NCBI GenBank assembly: GCA_963747855.1
Contig: CAVVGN010000005.1
Coordinates: forward strand, 179,304 to 243,303
Origin: an uncultured Alphaproteobacteria bacterium
GTDB taxonomy: Bacteria > Pseudomonadota > Alphaproteobacteria > Rhizobiales > Xanthobacteraceae
DNA: 64,000 nucleotides
Direction of reading: 5' to 3'
This document shows positions 9,542-20,233 of this stretch, piece after piece; the first letter of the stretch is position 1; each line of letters begins with the position of its first letter. The position numbers and the translations under genes are program-made. The notes under the pieces were generated by a model that saw only the letters and a list, made by a program, of their open reading frames with translations, had not been told where the DNA came from and did no database searches.

Positions 9542-11176
9542 TCAGCTTGCTTTGCCCGCCGCGTCCGGCGACACCACGACGACTTGCACGTTCAGCGGCG
9601 GGCCAGAGATTCCCAGAAAGCTGCGCTTCAGACCTGCTGCAGTCGTGACCGCTCCAGACGGCGCCAGGGTCTCGGCGACTTTCCGGCAGGCCAGATCGCC
9701 GGTCAGGCAGACGATCACCACGCCCTTCGCGCGCGCCGCGGCGCGCCCTTCCGGCGAAAGCGGGTACGGCAAATACCGCGCCTGCGGCAAGTACGCCTGC
9801 ATGCCGCCAACGATTTCGTCCGATCCCCAATAGAGCCGCACCGGCTGAGGAGAGAGCCGGGTCGCCAAATCGGCGGCTTGCCGGAAATGCGGACGGAACT
9901 GATCGGGTTCACTGACGATCCGAACACAGGCCATCACCGGCGAGACCAGCACAATGGCCAGCACGATGGCGAGGCCGGCAAGACCCGCGCGCGCCGTGGC
10001 GCGCGTGTCGATGGCGAGATAGGACGATCCGTAAAGAACAACCGGCAACAGCGCCCAGTTCGGGAACGTCCAGTCCGGGGTAATCCGGTACGGAATGACC
10101 AGATTGACCAATGCCGGCAAGACGAGCGGAACGATCAGCAACAGCAGTGCCTGACGGCGGTCGTCTTCGGCTGGCCAGGCGATATCGGCTAATGCCGCCT
10201 TGCTCGGGCGCAGCGCGGCGAGAAAGATGAGCGGAGCGGCGATATACATCACCGCGCCGACCAGATAGCTGACCGTTTTCATCAGCGTGTCACCGAACGG
10301 GCCGGTCGAGGCGACACTCTCGGCGAATTGGATGGCGCCGCCGCCGCGTTCGTTCACTAGCCACCAAATATGCGGCGCGATGAAAATAATCGCGCCCGCG
10401 GCCATGACGTAGGGCGCCGGCGAGCGCCAGAAGCGCCGCGCGCCCGGCCCGGTCACCGCGGCAACTGCCATGCCCGCGAAAAGAAACACCGCCCAATATT
10501 TGCCGAGCATGGTGAGGCTGGCGAAAGCGCCAGCGAGAAAAGAATCGAGCACACCGAGGCCGCAACGCGCCCGCAGATAGTACAACAGAGCCGCCGCCCA
10601 GAACGGCATCATCACTGTGTTGGCGTTGAGCACTTCCGCTTTGACGGTGTAGAGCGGAACAAGAATGAGCGCGATTAGGCCGAGCAGCGCGCGGTTCTTG
10701 TCGAGGTGATCGCGCAACAGCCGCCAGGTGACTGCGAGAGCGACCGCATCCGACACCACGATCAGAAGATCGACCGCCCATTTCTGCTGCGGGAACACGG
10801 CAAACCACAGCGCGAACGCCCAGGCCGTTACCGGCGGATGCTTGTAGCCAAACGCGAAATGCCGCGACCAAATGAACGCCTCGTCGGCGTCGATGTGAAT
10901 ATCGAGCGGAGCGGTTGAGACGGTCCAGAAAATCATCCACAACACGACGAAGCCGATGAGGATGGACAGCACGATCAGGTGCTCGGCGGTTTCGTCGATG
11001 AAGCGCTCGGTGGCGCGGCAGACCCGGCCGAAAAAGCCGCTCGTGCGCGAGCGAGCGCGATCAGCCGCATCATGCCTGGCTACCGACATCATTCTTTTCC
11101 CAGCTTGGCCGCCGCCGGCCGACTGCGCAAATCTTTGAGGATTTTCCAATGCTTGAGAATGCTCTAGCCTGCGCAT
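9542..11176 (-). CDS. ArnT/PMT-like membrane glycosyltransferase (GT39/GT83-like, GT-C fold)
   Basis: Multi-TM protein with an N-terminal loop DADEAFIWSRHFAFGYKHPPVTAW typical of the ArnT/PMT family. A more likely start is MMSVARHD at 11092. Confidence 0.65.
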   Translation of the reverse strand: MRRLEHSQALENPQRFAQSAGGGQAGKRMMSVARHDAADRARSRTSGFFGRVCRATERFIDETAEHLIVLSILIGFVVLWMIFWTVSTAPLDIHIDADEAFIWSRHFAFGYKHPPVTAWAFALWFAVFPQQKWAVDLLIVVSDAVALAVTWRLLRDHLDKNRALLGLIALILVPLYTVKAEVLNANTVMMPFWAAALLYYLRARCGLGVLDSFLAGAFASLTMLGKYWAVFLFAGMAVAAVTGPGARRFWRSPAPYVMAAGAIIFIAPHIWWLVNERGGGAIQFAESVASTGPFGDTLMKTVSYLVGAVMYIAAPLIFLAALRPSKAALADIAWPAEDDRRQALLLLIVPLVLPALVNLVIPYRITPDWTFPNWALLPVVLYGSSYLAIDTRATARAGLAGLAIVLAIVLVSPVMACVRIVSEPDQFRPHFRQAADLATRLSPQPVRLYWGSDEIVGGMQAYLPQARYLPYPLSPEGRAAARAKGVVIVCLTGDLACRKVAETLAPSGAVTTAAGLKRSFLGISGPPLNVQVVVVSPDAAGKAS

Positions 11177-11220
11177 GCGGATAGAGCAATAAGGGTGCCG
11201 CAGAGGAAGGGGCGGCGGGT

Positions 11221-12381
11221 TTGTCTCAATCGGCGATCGATGTTCCGGCGGCGAGTTCCCCCGCCGCGTTTACGCCGGCCGATCCAGCGGGCGGGCGTCC
11301 GGCGCCGGAGCTCAGCATCATCGTGCCCACCTTCAACGAGCGGGCCAACATTCCGATTCTGGTGGAACGGCTCTCCCATCTGCTCGCGTCCTGCGATTGG
11401 GAAGTGATTTTCGTCGACGACAATTCGCCCGATGGCTCCGCCGCGGCCGTGCGCGCCATTGGTGCCGGCGACGGCCGGGTGCGCTGCATTCGCCGCATCG
11501 GCCGCCGCGGCCTGGCCGGCGCGTGCCTTGAAGGCATGCTCGCGAGCCAGGCCCGTTACGTCGCCGTCATGGACGCGGACTTGCAGCACGACGAATCCTT
11601 GCTCGTGCCCATGCTGGACACTCTGCGCGCGGGCCGCGCCGATCTGGCAGTGGCGAGCCGTTACCTGGACGGCGGCTCGTCCGGCGGGCTCTCCAGGCAG
11701 CGCTCACGGGTGAGCCGCTGGTCTAACTTCTTGGTGCGTCACCTGCTCGGCATCGAGCTGACGGATCCGATGAGCGGCCATTTCATGATCCGGCGTGACG
11801 CGTTCGAGGCGTTGGCGCCGGCGATCTCATCGCAGGGCTTCAAAATCTTGCTCGACATGCTGGCCACCGCTGGCGGCAAGTTGCGCACCATCGAGCTGCC
11901 GTCGGATTTTCGCCGCCGCCAGCATGGCGAGAGCAAGCTCGATTCCAAGATCGCCCTCGACTTCGCCGCTTTGGTGACGGCGAAGCTCACCAACGACGCT
12001 GTCTCGGCGCGCTTTCTGTTGTTCTGCCTGGTCGGCCTGACCGGCATCGCCGTGCATCTGAGCATTCTGAGCGTTCTGCTCGCGGCCGCCTTTTCGTTCG
12101 GCGCGGCGCAGGCGCTCGCGACAATCGGCGCGATCGCCTGGAATTTCGTGCTCAACAACCTGTTCACTTACCGCGACCAGCGGCTCACCGGCCGGCGATT
12201 TATCACCGGCCTCCTCCGCTTCGAAGTAATCTGCGCCATCGGCGCGATCTCCAACGTCGGCATCGCCACTTGGATCTACGATTACGACAGCACTTGGTGG
12301 ATCGCCGGCCTCGGCGGAGCGGCGATCGGCACGGTCTGGAATTTCGTGGTCAGCGCCGCCTTCGTCTGGCGGCAGCGATAA
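11221..12381 (+). CDS. GT2 polyprenyl-phosphate glycosyltransferase (Dpm1/ArnC-like) fused to a GtrA-like C-terminal membrane domain
   Basis: [14 protein letters not shown]...[12 protein letters not shown]...VMDADLQHD (DXD). The C-terminal 120 aa has 4 TM helices of GtrA type. Divergent from the ArnT-like gene. The TTG start is uncertain. Confidence 0.8.
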   Translation: MSQSAIDVPAASSPAAFTPADPAGGRPAPELSIIVPTFNERANIPILVERLSHLLASCDWEVIFVDDNSPDGSAAAVRAIGAGDGRVRCIRRIGRRGLAGACLEGMLASQARYVAVMDADLQHDESLLVPMLDTLRAGRADLAVASRYLDGGSSGGLSRQRSRVSRWSNFLVRHLLGIELTDPMSGHFMIRRDAFEALAPAISSQGFKILLDMLATAGGKLRTIELPSDFRRRQHGESKLDSKIALDFAALVTAKLTNDAVSARFLLFCLVGLTGIAVHLSILSVLLAAAFSFGAAQALATIGAIAWNFVLNNLFTYRDQRLTGRRFITGLLRFEVICAIGAISNVGIATWIYDYDSTWWIAGLGGAAIGTVWNFVVSAAFVWRQR

Positions 12382-12433
12382 TCCCTGCGCCCGGCCGCTT
12401 GCCGCTACGGGGTGCGGATGTTATCTGCGCCGG

Positions 12434-14240
12434 ATGACTGCGGTCCCGATCGCAAATATCCGCAATTTCTCGATCATTGCCCACATCGACCATGGCAAAT
12501 CGACGCTCGCCGACCGGCTAATCCAGCTCACCGGCGGACTGGAGGCGCGCGAAATGGTCGAGCAGGTGCTCAATTCCATGGATATCGAGCGCGAGCGCGG
12601 CATTACCATCAAGGCGCAGACCGTGCGGCTGAAATACCGCGCGCGCGACGGCAAGGACTACGTGCTCAACCTGATCGACACGCCCGGCCATGTCGACTTC
12701 GCTTACGAGGTGAACCGGAGCCTCGCCGCCTGTGAGGGCTCGTTGCTGGTGGTCGACACCAGCCAGGGCGTGGAGGCGCAGACGCTCGCCAACGTCTATC
12801 AGGCGATCGACAACAATCACCAGATCGTGCCGGTGCTCAACAAGGTCGACCTGCCGGCGGCCGAGCCGGACAAGGTCAAGCAGCAGATCGAGGACGTGAT
12901 CGGGCTCGATGCGTCCGACGCGATTCTCATCTCGGCCAAGACCGGACAGAACATACCCGAGGTGCTGGAAGCCATCGTCAAACGCCTGCCGCCGCCCAAG
13001 GGCGACGCCGCAGCGCCGCTGAAAGCGCTCTTGGTCGAACTCTTGGTACGACGCGTATCTAGGCGTCGTCGTGCTGTTCCGCGTCGTCGACGGCATGCTG
13101 AAAAAAGGCCAGCGCATCCACATGATGGGAACCAACGCCTCCTATGAGGTCGATCGCGTCGGCGTATTCACGCCAAAGCGCGTCGAGCTCGATGAGCTCG
13201 GACCCGGCGAGATCGGCTACCTCACCGCCTCGATCAAGGAAGTGGCCGACACGCGTGTCGGCGACACCATCACCGACGAGAAGCGGCCGGTGGCGGCGCC
13301 TTTGCCCGGCTTCCGGCCGGCAATCCCGGTGGTGTTCTGCGGGTTGTTTCCGGTCGATGCCGCGGATTTCGAAGCGTTACGCGCCGCGATGGGCAGGCTT
13401 CGCCTCAACGACGCGAGCTTCACCTACGAAATGGAAACCTCGGCGGCCCTCGGTTTCGGTTTCCGCTGCGGCTTCCTCGGGCTATTGCATCTGGAAATCA
13501 TCCAGGAGCGGCTTGAGCGCGAATTCAATCTCAACCTGATCGCGACCGCACCGTCAGTGATCTACAAAATCAAACTGCGCAACGGGCAGCAGCTTGAGAT
13601 TCACAACCCGGTCGATATGCCGGACCCGAACCACATCGAGGAAATGCAGGAGCCGTGGATCGAGGCGACGATTCTGACGCCGGACGAATATCTCGGCTCG
13701 GTGCTCAAACTCTGCCAGGAACGCCGCGGCGAGCAGAAAGAGCTCACTTACGTCGGCAATCGCGCCCTGGTGAAATACAATCTGCCGCTCAACGAGGTGG
13801 TCTTCGATTTCTACGACCGGCTGAAATCGGTATCGCGCGGCTATGCCTCGTTCGACTACCACCTCACCGATTACCGGCCGGCGGACCTGGTCAAACTGCA
13901 AATGCTGGTCAACGCCGAGCCGGTCGATGCGCTGGCGATGCTGGTGCACAGGACGCGCGCCGAGCAGCGCGGCCGCGCCATGGCGGAAAAGCTCAAGGAG
14001 CTCATCCCGCCGCACATGTTCCAGGTGCCGATCCAGGCCGCCATCGGCGGCAAGATCATCGCGCGCGAGACCGTGCGCGCCTTCCGCAAGGACGTGACGG
14101 CAAAATGCTACGGCGGCGACGTCACCCGCAAGCGCAAACTTCTGGAGAAGCAGAAGGAAGGCAAGAAGCGCATGCGCCAATTCGGCAAGGTCGATATTCC
14201 GCAGGAAGCGTTTATCGCCGCGCTGAAAGTGGACGTTTAA
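12434..14240 (+). pseudogene. lepA: Elongation factor 4 (LepA), interrupted as assembled by a +1 nt indel near 13038
   Basis: ORF 12434..13147 carries the G-domain ([24 protein letters not shown]). It continues in ORF 13071..14240 (...[21 protein letters not shown]...). Removing one A from GTC-GAA-C restores [17 protein letters not shown]. Confidence 0.9.
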
Positions 14241-14246
14241 GCGGGG

Positions 14247-14678
14247 CTACTGCACCACGATGGTGGTGTTGTCCTTGCCTTCCTTGCCGACCAATTCGAA
14301 CAACACGGCCGCATCCGCAGGGCTCAGGCGAATACAGCCGTGCGAGGCCGGACGGCCAAGCCGGCCAGTGTCGGTGGTGCCGTGGATGGCGAACGGGCCG
14401 CTATAGAAGATGGAATGCGGCATCGGCGCATTGTTGAAGACGCGCGAGTACCAATGCACGGCCATGAATTGTGGATGGAAGGTACCCGGCGGCGTCACCC
14501 AACCGGCGCGGCCGGTGGACACCCGCCACGTATAAACGTGCTCGCCGCCGACGATCACGTCCATGGTCTGGCTGGAACGAGACACTTCGACGCGAACGTC
14601 AGCTCGCGCGCAGGTCGCCGCGGGCAAGAACGCGAACGACAGCGCGGTCAACACCGCCGCAAAAATGACACGCCGCAT
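14247..14678 (-). CDS. L,D-transpeptidase (YkuD domain), secreted
   Basis: Signal peptide MRRVIFAAVLTALSFAFLPAATCARA and catalytic motif HGTTDTGRLGRPASHGCIRL. Confidence 0.85.
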   Translation of the reverse strand: MRRVIFAAVLTALSFAFLPAATCARADVRVEVSRSSQTMDVIVGGEHVYTWRVSTGRAGWVTPPGTFHPQFMAVHWYSRVFNNAPMPHSIFYSGPFAIHGTTDTGRLGRPASHGCIRLSPADAAVLFELVGKEGKDNTTIVVQ

Positions 14679-14756
14679 GACCAAGCCCAGCCCAGCGCAG
14701 CCATTATTGTGGCAGCGGCGGAAGGTGTAAAGCCACCGCCCGGAGACAAAGTCACA

Positions 14757-15373
14757 ATGCCGGCATTCGACCTGTTCAGCATCGGCCATTCGAACATTCC
14801 GGCCGAGCGCTTCCTCGGCCTGCTGCATGACGCCGGCGCAAACACCGCCGCTGACGTCCGTTCGGCGCCGTTCTCACGTTTCTTCCGTGGTTCTCGCAAA
14901 AGCCTTTGGCGGCGCAGCTTGCAGACGAGGGCATGACTTACACATTCATGGGCGCCACCTTGGGCGGCCGTCCGCGTGATGAGCGTCTTTATGCCGACGG
15001 CGTCGCCGACTACGAGGCGATGGCGATACAGCCGGATTTTCGCGACAACGTTGCGCGCCTGATCGACGCGGCAGCGCGCAGGCGCATCTGCCTGCTCTGC
15101 GCCGAACGCGAGCCGCTCGACTGCCACCGCTGTTTGCTGGTGGCGCGGCGCCTCATCGAAAACGGTCTAAAAATCGGCCACATTTTGCACGACGGCACGA
15201 TCGAGCCGCACGCGGCGACTGAGCAGCGCTTGCTGGCGCTCGACGACGGCGGCTGCGACCTGTTCGCCGCTGGACTGGCGGAGCGACTCGCGGCAGCGTA
15301 CCAGCGACGCGCCCGCGCCGTGGCGTTCCGGCAAAAATTTCCCGCGTCGCGCCGCGCGGCGGAGACCAGATGA
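14757..15373 (+). pseudogene. DUF488 family protein, interrupted as assembled by a missing C at about 14885
   Basis: MPAFDLFSIGHSNIPAERFLGLL...SRFF in frame 0, continuing as PWFSQKPLAAQLADEGMTYTFMG...CAEREPLDCHRCLL in frame 2. A CCC to CC homopolymer change explains the shift. Confidence 0.75.
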
Positions 15374-16290
15374 TGCGGCCCTCGCTCGCCTTGCTCCCGG
15401 CTCTGCTGCTTCTCGGCCTTGCTCCGGCCGCCGCACAGGATCCCGGCACACTCGAGCCGAAGCAGCTGCCGCCGCTCGCGCATCCGGATTCGCCCTCGAC
15501 GCCGGCGAAGGAATTGTTCGGACGCGAGCGCGAGCCGGTGCCGCTCGCCGCGCGCGCAATCGGTTATTACTCCGCCGGCTGCCTCGCCGGCGCCAAGGCG
15601 CTGCCAATCAACGGGCCGACCTGGCAGGTGATGCGGCTATCGCGCAACCGCAATTGGGGACACCCCAAGCTGATCGCTTTCCTCGAGCGGCTGGCGGAGA
15701 AAGCGAAGAAAGTCGGCTGGCCCGGCTTGTTGGTCGGCGACATGTCACAGCCCCGCGGCGGGCCGATGCTAACCGGCCACGCCAGCCATCAGGTCGGGCT
15801 CGACGCCGACATCTGGCTCACGCCGATGCCCGACCATACGCTGTCGCCGCAAGAGCGCGAATTTATGTCGGCGACCGAGGTGGTGCGCGACGACCGGCTC
15901 GACGTCGATCCCAAGGTGTGGACGCACGAGCACACCGAAGTGATCCGCATTGCGGCGGAAGACCCGGACGTCGAGCGCATCTTCGTCAATGCGGCGATCA
16001 AGAAGGCGCTGTGCCGCGAAGCCGGAGTGGATCGCGCCTGGCTTGCCAAGGTGCGTCCGTGGTGGGGACATGATTATCACTTTCATGTCCGGATTTATTG
16101 TCCGGCCGACAGCCCGCAATGCAAGCCGCAACCCCCGCCCGAACCGGGCGACGGGTGCCATGAACTCGATTATTGGTTCTCCGACGCCGTGCTGCATCCC
16201 AAGCCGGCGGAAGGACCGGTGCAGCCGCGCCCCGGACCGACGCTGGCGCAATTGCCGGCCGCGTGCCGCAAAGTCCTGATGGCGCCGTGA
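15370..16290 (+). CDS. mepA: Penicillin-insensitive murein endopeptidase
   Basis: GHASHQVGLDADIWL and WGHDYHFHVRIYCP metal-binding motifs, with a signal peptide. Confidence 0.85.
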   Translation: MMRPSLALLPALLLLGLAPAAAQDPGTLEPKQLPPLAHPDSPSTPAKELFGREREPVPLAARAIGYYSAGCLAGAKALPINGPTWQVMRLSRNRNWGHPKLIAFLERLAEKAKKVGWPGLLVGDMSQPRGGPMLTGHASHQVGLDADIWLTPMPDHTLSPQEREFMSATEVVRDDRLDVDPKVWTHEHTEVIRIAAEDPDVERIFVNAAIKKALCREAGVDRAWLAKVRPWWGHDYHFHVRIYCPADSPQCKPQPPPEPGDGCHELDYWFSDAVLHPKPAEGPVQPRPGPTLAQLPAACRKVLMAP

Positions 16291-16300
16291 GCCTTTAAAG

Positions 16301-16888
16301 TCAGAAGGCCAGGCCAAACAGCCTGTGCTGAATTGCGGCGACGGCGGCAATCAGCACGCAGGCGCTGACGGCAATCACCGCCGTATAAGTGGATACCTTG
16401 GCGGCGGGCGTTTTCATCATCGGCATCAGGCCGGACCACAAGAGATACACGCCGTAGAGACCGAGCAAGCCGAGGAAGCGGAGCCCCGGCGCCAAGAGAA
16501 AAATTCCGGTCAGCCAGACCGGTGTGTAGGCATAGACCGCGAGCTTGAATGCGCTGTCGAAATTGCGCCGCGCGCCGAAGACCGGCGCCAGCGCGTCGAT
16601 CAATAATCCAAGCACCAGCACGATGGCGCAGCTGAGCACGTAGCCAAACACCGCGCCGAACAACCCGTCGAATAAAGGAGCGCGCACGGGGCCAATTTCC
16701 GGCTCGACCACGCCGACGATGCAAGCGCCGGCAAAGCCAGACACCGCCGGGATAAGCGCGAGCCGCGCCACGTAGCTGGTTAATAGATACGCGGCGTCGC
16801 CGGGTTCAGTATCGGATTCTTGGGCGATCTTCGCCCATTCGGCGAAAGGGTCGGCCAGAATCCGGTACGCGCGGGCGGCCGCGTTCAT
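16301..16888 (-). CDS. Yip1-domain membrane protein
   Basis: 195 aa: a soluble N-terminus followed by 5 TM helices, in the Yip1-like arrangement. Confidence 0.65.
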   Translation of the reverse strand: MNAAARAYRILADPFAEWAKIAQESDTEPGDAAYLLTSYVARLALIPAVSGFAGACIVGVVEPEIGPVRAPLFDGLFGAVFGYVLSCAIVLVLGLLIDALAPVFGARRNFDSAFKLAVYAYTPVWLTGIFLLAPGLRFLGLLGLYGVYLLWSGLMPMMKTPAAKVSTYTAVIAVSACVLIAAVAAIQHRLFGLAF

Positions 16889-18522
16889 GCGCGCGCCGCG
16901 GCATCAGCGCGGACAAAGGCGGCGCCCTTTTCCGCGATCATCATGGTCGGCGCGTTGGTATTGCCGGATGTGATGGCCGGCATGACGGAGGCGTCGATCA
17001 CGCGCAACCGCTCGACGCCGGCGACGCGCAATCGCTCGTCGACTACCATCATCGGGTCGCTTGGCAGCCCCATCTTGGCCGTGCCGACCGGATGAAAAAT
17101 CGTGGTGCCGATGTCGCCCGCCGCTTTGGCGAGCGCCCGCTCGTCGTCGTTGCGCACGCCGTCACCGGGGAGATACTCGGCCGGATGGAACGGCGCCAGC
17201 GCCGGCTGCGCGACAATGCGGCGGGTGAGCCGGATGGCGCTGACCGCGATGCGGCGATCCTCGTCGGTGGAGAGATAATTGGGCTTGATTGCGGGCGCCG
17301 CGGCGGGATCGGGCGAGCGCAGCCGCACATGCCCGCGGCTGGTCGGCCGGATATTGGCGACGCTGGCGGTGAAGGCGGGAAATGCGTGCAGCGGCTCGCC
17401 GAAGCGATCGAGCGACAATGGCTGAATGTGATACTGCAAATTCGCCCGCGCCTGATCCGGATCCGAGCGGGTGAACAGGCCAAGCTGCGATGGCGCCATG
17501 GTCAACGGCCCGCGCCGGAACAATACGTATTCGAGCAGCATGCCGGCGAGCCCCAGCGGCGCGTGGTAGCGCTCGTTGAGGGTGGTGATGCCGTCGACCT
17601 TGTAGATCAGACGCAGTTGCAGGTGATCCTGCAAATTCGCGCCGACCCCCGGCCGGTCGGCGACGACCGGAATGCCGTATTGCCGCAGTAGCTCGCCCGG
17701 CCCGACGCCGGACAGCTGCAGGATTTGCGCCGAACCTATCGACCCGGCGGCAAGAATGACTTCGCCGCACGCGTGCGTTGTCCTCGTCTTACCGTTGTGC
17801 CGCCAGCACACGCCGGTTGCGCGCCGGCCGTCGAATGTCACGGCTTCGACCAGGCAGCCAGTCTCCAGCCGCAGATTGGAGCGATTGAGCACGGGTTTGA
17901 GGAAAGCGGTCGCCGCCGACCAGCGCCGGCCGCGTTTCTGATTGACGTGAAATGCGCAACAACCCTCGTTGTCGCCGGTGTTGAAATCGGCCACCGACTT
18001 GACGCCGGCCTCTCCGGCGGCGGCGCGAAACGCTTCGAGCAAATCCCAATGCACGCGCGGCGCCTCGATGCGTAATTCGCCGCCGATGCCGTGCAGATCG
18101 CTCTCGCCGAGGAAATGGTTTTCGTGTTTCTTGAAATACGGCAGCACGTCGTCCCAGCCCCAGCCGTTAAGCCCGAGCTGCCGCCAATGATCGTAATCGG
18201 CCGCCTGCCCGCGCATGTAAATCATGGCGTTGATCGCCGACGAGCCGCCGATCGCCTTGCCGCGCGGATAATTCAGGCTGCGGCCGTTCAGGCCTTCTTC
18301 CGGCTCGGTCTTGAAGCACCAGTCGGAGCGCGGGTTGCCGATGGCGAACAGATAGCCGACCGGAATGTGAAACCAGATCCAGTTGTCGCGGCCGCCGGCT
18401 TCGAGCACGAGCACGCGCCGGTTTGCGTCGGCAGAAAGCCGGTTGGCGAGCAGACAGCCGGCCGAACCAGCGCCGACGATAATGTAGTCGAAGTCGCCGT
18501 CGATCGCTTCGGCCCCGGCCAT
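16885..18522 (-). CDS. GMC-family FAD oxidoreductase (choline/alcohol dehydrogenase-like)
   Basis: DYIIVGAGSAGCLLANRLS Rossmann motif, GGSSAINAM, and C-terminal HPVGTAKMG and PAITSGNTNAPT. Start chosen at MAGAEAIDGDFDY. Confidence 0.85.
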   Translation of the reverse strand: MAGAEAIDGDFDYIIVGAGSAGCLLANRLSADANRRVLVLEAGGRDNWIWFHIPVGYLFAIGNPRSDWCFKTEPEEGLNGRSLNYPRGKAIGGSSAINAMIYMRGQAADYDHWRQLGLNGWGWDDVLPYFKKHENHFLGESDLHGIGGELRIEAPRVHWDLLEAFRAAAGEAGVKSVADFNTGDNEGCCAFHVNQKRGRRWSAATAFLKPVLNRSNLRLETGCLVEAVTFDGRRATGVCWRHNGKTRTTHACGEVILAAGSIGSAQILQLSGVGPGELLRQYGIPVVADRPGVGANLQDHLQLRLIYKVDGITTLNERYHAPLGLAGMLLEYVLFRRGPLTMAPSQLGLFTRSDPDQARANLQYHIQPLSLDRFGEPLHAFPAFTASVANIRPTSRGHVRLRSPDPAAAPAIKPNYLSTDEDRRIAVSAIRLTRRIVAQPALAPFHPAEYLPGDGVRNDDERALAKAAGDIGTTIFHPVGTAKMGLPSDPMMVVDERLRVAGVERLRVIDASVMPAITSGNTNAPTMMIAEKGAAFVRADAAARA

Positions 18523-18696
18523 GCCGCGCTCCACGTAATTTTCGTAATGATAGCGCCTCCGTCGCGCTTTGCCACGCTGCCGGGCGGCTGCTAGTCTTGA
18601 TACTGCGACGTGCGGCGCGCAGGGCGCATGCCGTGCGAGCCTGGAACGACGGTTCCGCAAGGCGTTCGAAATCCTGCTCGTGGTCGGAGAACTGTC

Positions 18697-19527
18697 GTGC
18701 TTGTGCCAACGCGTATTTTCGCGAGCGTCGCCGCATTCATTCTTCTTGTTTCAGCCGTACCGCAGCCGACGGCGGCGCAGCAAAAACCCATCGTGGTCTT
18801 CGCCGCCGCGTCGATGAAGAACGCGCTCGACGATGTCGACAATGCCTACTCTAAGCAAAGCGGCGTGAAGATCGTCGCCAGCTATGAAGCAAGCTCGACG
18901 CTGATGAAGCAGATCGAGCAAGGCGCGCCCGCCGACGTATTTCTGTCCGCCGATCTGAAGTGGATGGATTACGGCGTTGAGCGCAAGCTGATCAACACCG
19001 CCACGCGCGTCAATCTGCTTGGCAACCGCCTGGTGCTAATCGCGCCCAAGGATTCAAAGACCGATGCGGTAACGATCGCGCCCGGTTTCAATCTCGCCGC
19101 GCTTGCCGGCGGCGGACGCGTCGCCGTCGGCGACGTGCGCGCGGTGCCGGCCGGCCTCTATGCCAAAGCGGCGCTGGAAAAGCTCGGCGTCTGGGCGGCG
19201 GTGGAGCCAAAACTGGCAATGGCGGAAAATGTGCGCGCCGCGCTGGTCCTTGTCGCGCGCGGGGAAGCGCCGTTCGGCATCGTCTACGAGACCGACGCCA
19301 GGATCGATCCGGGCGTCAAGATTGTCGGCGTGTTTCCCGAGGATTCGCATCCCCCGATCATTTATCCGGCGGCCCTGACGACCAACGCCACCCCGGATGC
19401 CGCGCCTTATCTGGCTTTTCTCCGCACTGCGGCTGCAAAGACGACTTTTGAGCGCTACGGCTTTACCGTTTTGGTAAAATCGAACTCGGTAACGAACGCA
19501 TCAGCCTCCCTTTTCCGGGAGGGCTAG
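18697..19527 (+). CDS. modA: Molybdate ABC transporter substrate-binding protein
   Basis: Signal peptide, then IVVFAAASMKNALDD...FLSADLKWMDY...VPAGLYAK. GTG at 18697 is preceded by GGAGAA. Confidence 0.9.
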   Translation: MLVPTRIFASVAAFILLVSAVPQPTAAQQKPIVVFAAASMKNALDDVDNAYSKQSGVKIVASYEASSTLMKQIEQGAPADVFLSADLKWMDYGVERKLINTATRVNLLGNRLVLIAPKDSKTDAVTIAPGFNLAALAGGGRVAVGDVRAVPAGLYAKAALEKLGVWAAVEPKLAMAENVRAALVLVARGEAPFGIVYETDARIDPGVKIVGVFPEDSHPPIIYPAALTTNATPDAAPYLAFLRTAAAKTTFERYGFTVLVKSNSVTNASASLFREG

Positions 19528-19537
19528 GACACCCGCC

Positions 19538-20233
19538 GTGTTCGATCTTTCCCCGGCTGAATGGACCGCAGTCGCATTGTCGCTGCGCGTTTCCATTGTC
19601 GCCACGCTCGTTGCGCTGCCATTTGGCATCGCCATCGGCTGGCTGCTGGCGCGCAAGGACTTCTGGGGCAAGATCATCGTCGACGGCATCGTCTATCTGC
19701 CGCTGGTACTGCCGCCGGTGGTAACCGGCTATCTGCTGCTGATCTCGTTCGGGCGACGCGGACCGATCGGCGCTTTTCTTGCCGACTATCTCGGCATCGT
19801 GTTCTCGTTCCGCTGGACCGGTGCAGCGCTATCCTGCGGCATCATGGGCTTTCCGCTCATGGTCCGGCCGATCCGGCTGGCGCTCGAGGCGATCGACCGC
19901 CGGCTCGAAGACGCCGCGGCAACGCTCGGCGCCGGCGGCTTTCTGGTGTTCCTCACCGTCACCCTGCCGCTGGCGCTGCCGGGCATCATAGCCGGCGCGG
20001 TGATGTGCTTTGCCCGCGCGCTCGGCGAGTTCGGCGCCACCATTACCTTCGTCGCCAATATTCCCGGCGAGACGCAAACCATCTCGGCGGCGATCTACAC
20101 CTTGCTGCAGGTGCCGGGCGGCGAGGCGCCGGCCGGCCGGCTTGTTTTGGTCGCGATCGCGCTGGCGTTTGGCGCGCTCATCGTCTCGGAATGGTTCGCC
20201 CGCCGTGCCGACATGCGCTTCCAGGGGCAATGA
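19538..20233 (+). CDS. modB: Molybdate ABC transporter permease
   Basis: 231 aa, 5-6 TM, EAA loop (LEDAAATLGAG). Confidence 0.9.
   Translation: MFDLSPAEWTAVALSLRVSIVATLVALPFGIAIGWLLARKDFWGKIIVDGIVYLPLVLPPVVTGYLLLISFGRRGPIGAFLADYLGIVFSFRWTGAALSCGIMGFPLMVRPIRLALEAIDRRLEDAAATLGAGGFLVFLTVTLPLALPGIIAGAVMCFARALGEFGATITFVANIPGETQTISAAIYTLLQVPGGEAPAGRLVLVAIALAFGALIVSEWFARRADMRFQGQ

Noticed and set aside
13028-13047. Direct repeat CTCTTGGT-CGAA-CTCTTGGT at the lepA frameshift, considered as a slippage or programmed-frameshift signal
   Set aside because: There is no slippery heptamer and no downstream structure. The repeat is explained by the codons for LLV and SW, and one extra A in the GAA run fully accounts for the break. 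The same type of homopolymer error recurs in nine other places.
18534-18556. AT-rich CGTAAT-TTT-CGTAAT-GATAGCG as a ModE/Mo-box operator for modABC
   Set aside because: It is a direct repeat rather than an inverted repeat. It lies immediately upstream of the GMC oxidoreductase start, about 140 nt from modA, and does not resemble the Mo-box half-sites I recall.
19561-20229. N-terminal extension of the 445-aa ORF that ends as modC
   Set aside because: It overlaps modB out of frame and has an Arg/Pro/Ala-rich composition. The modC ATG at 20230 overlaps the modB stop, as is usual in ABC operons.
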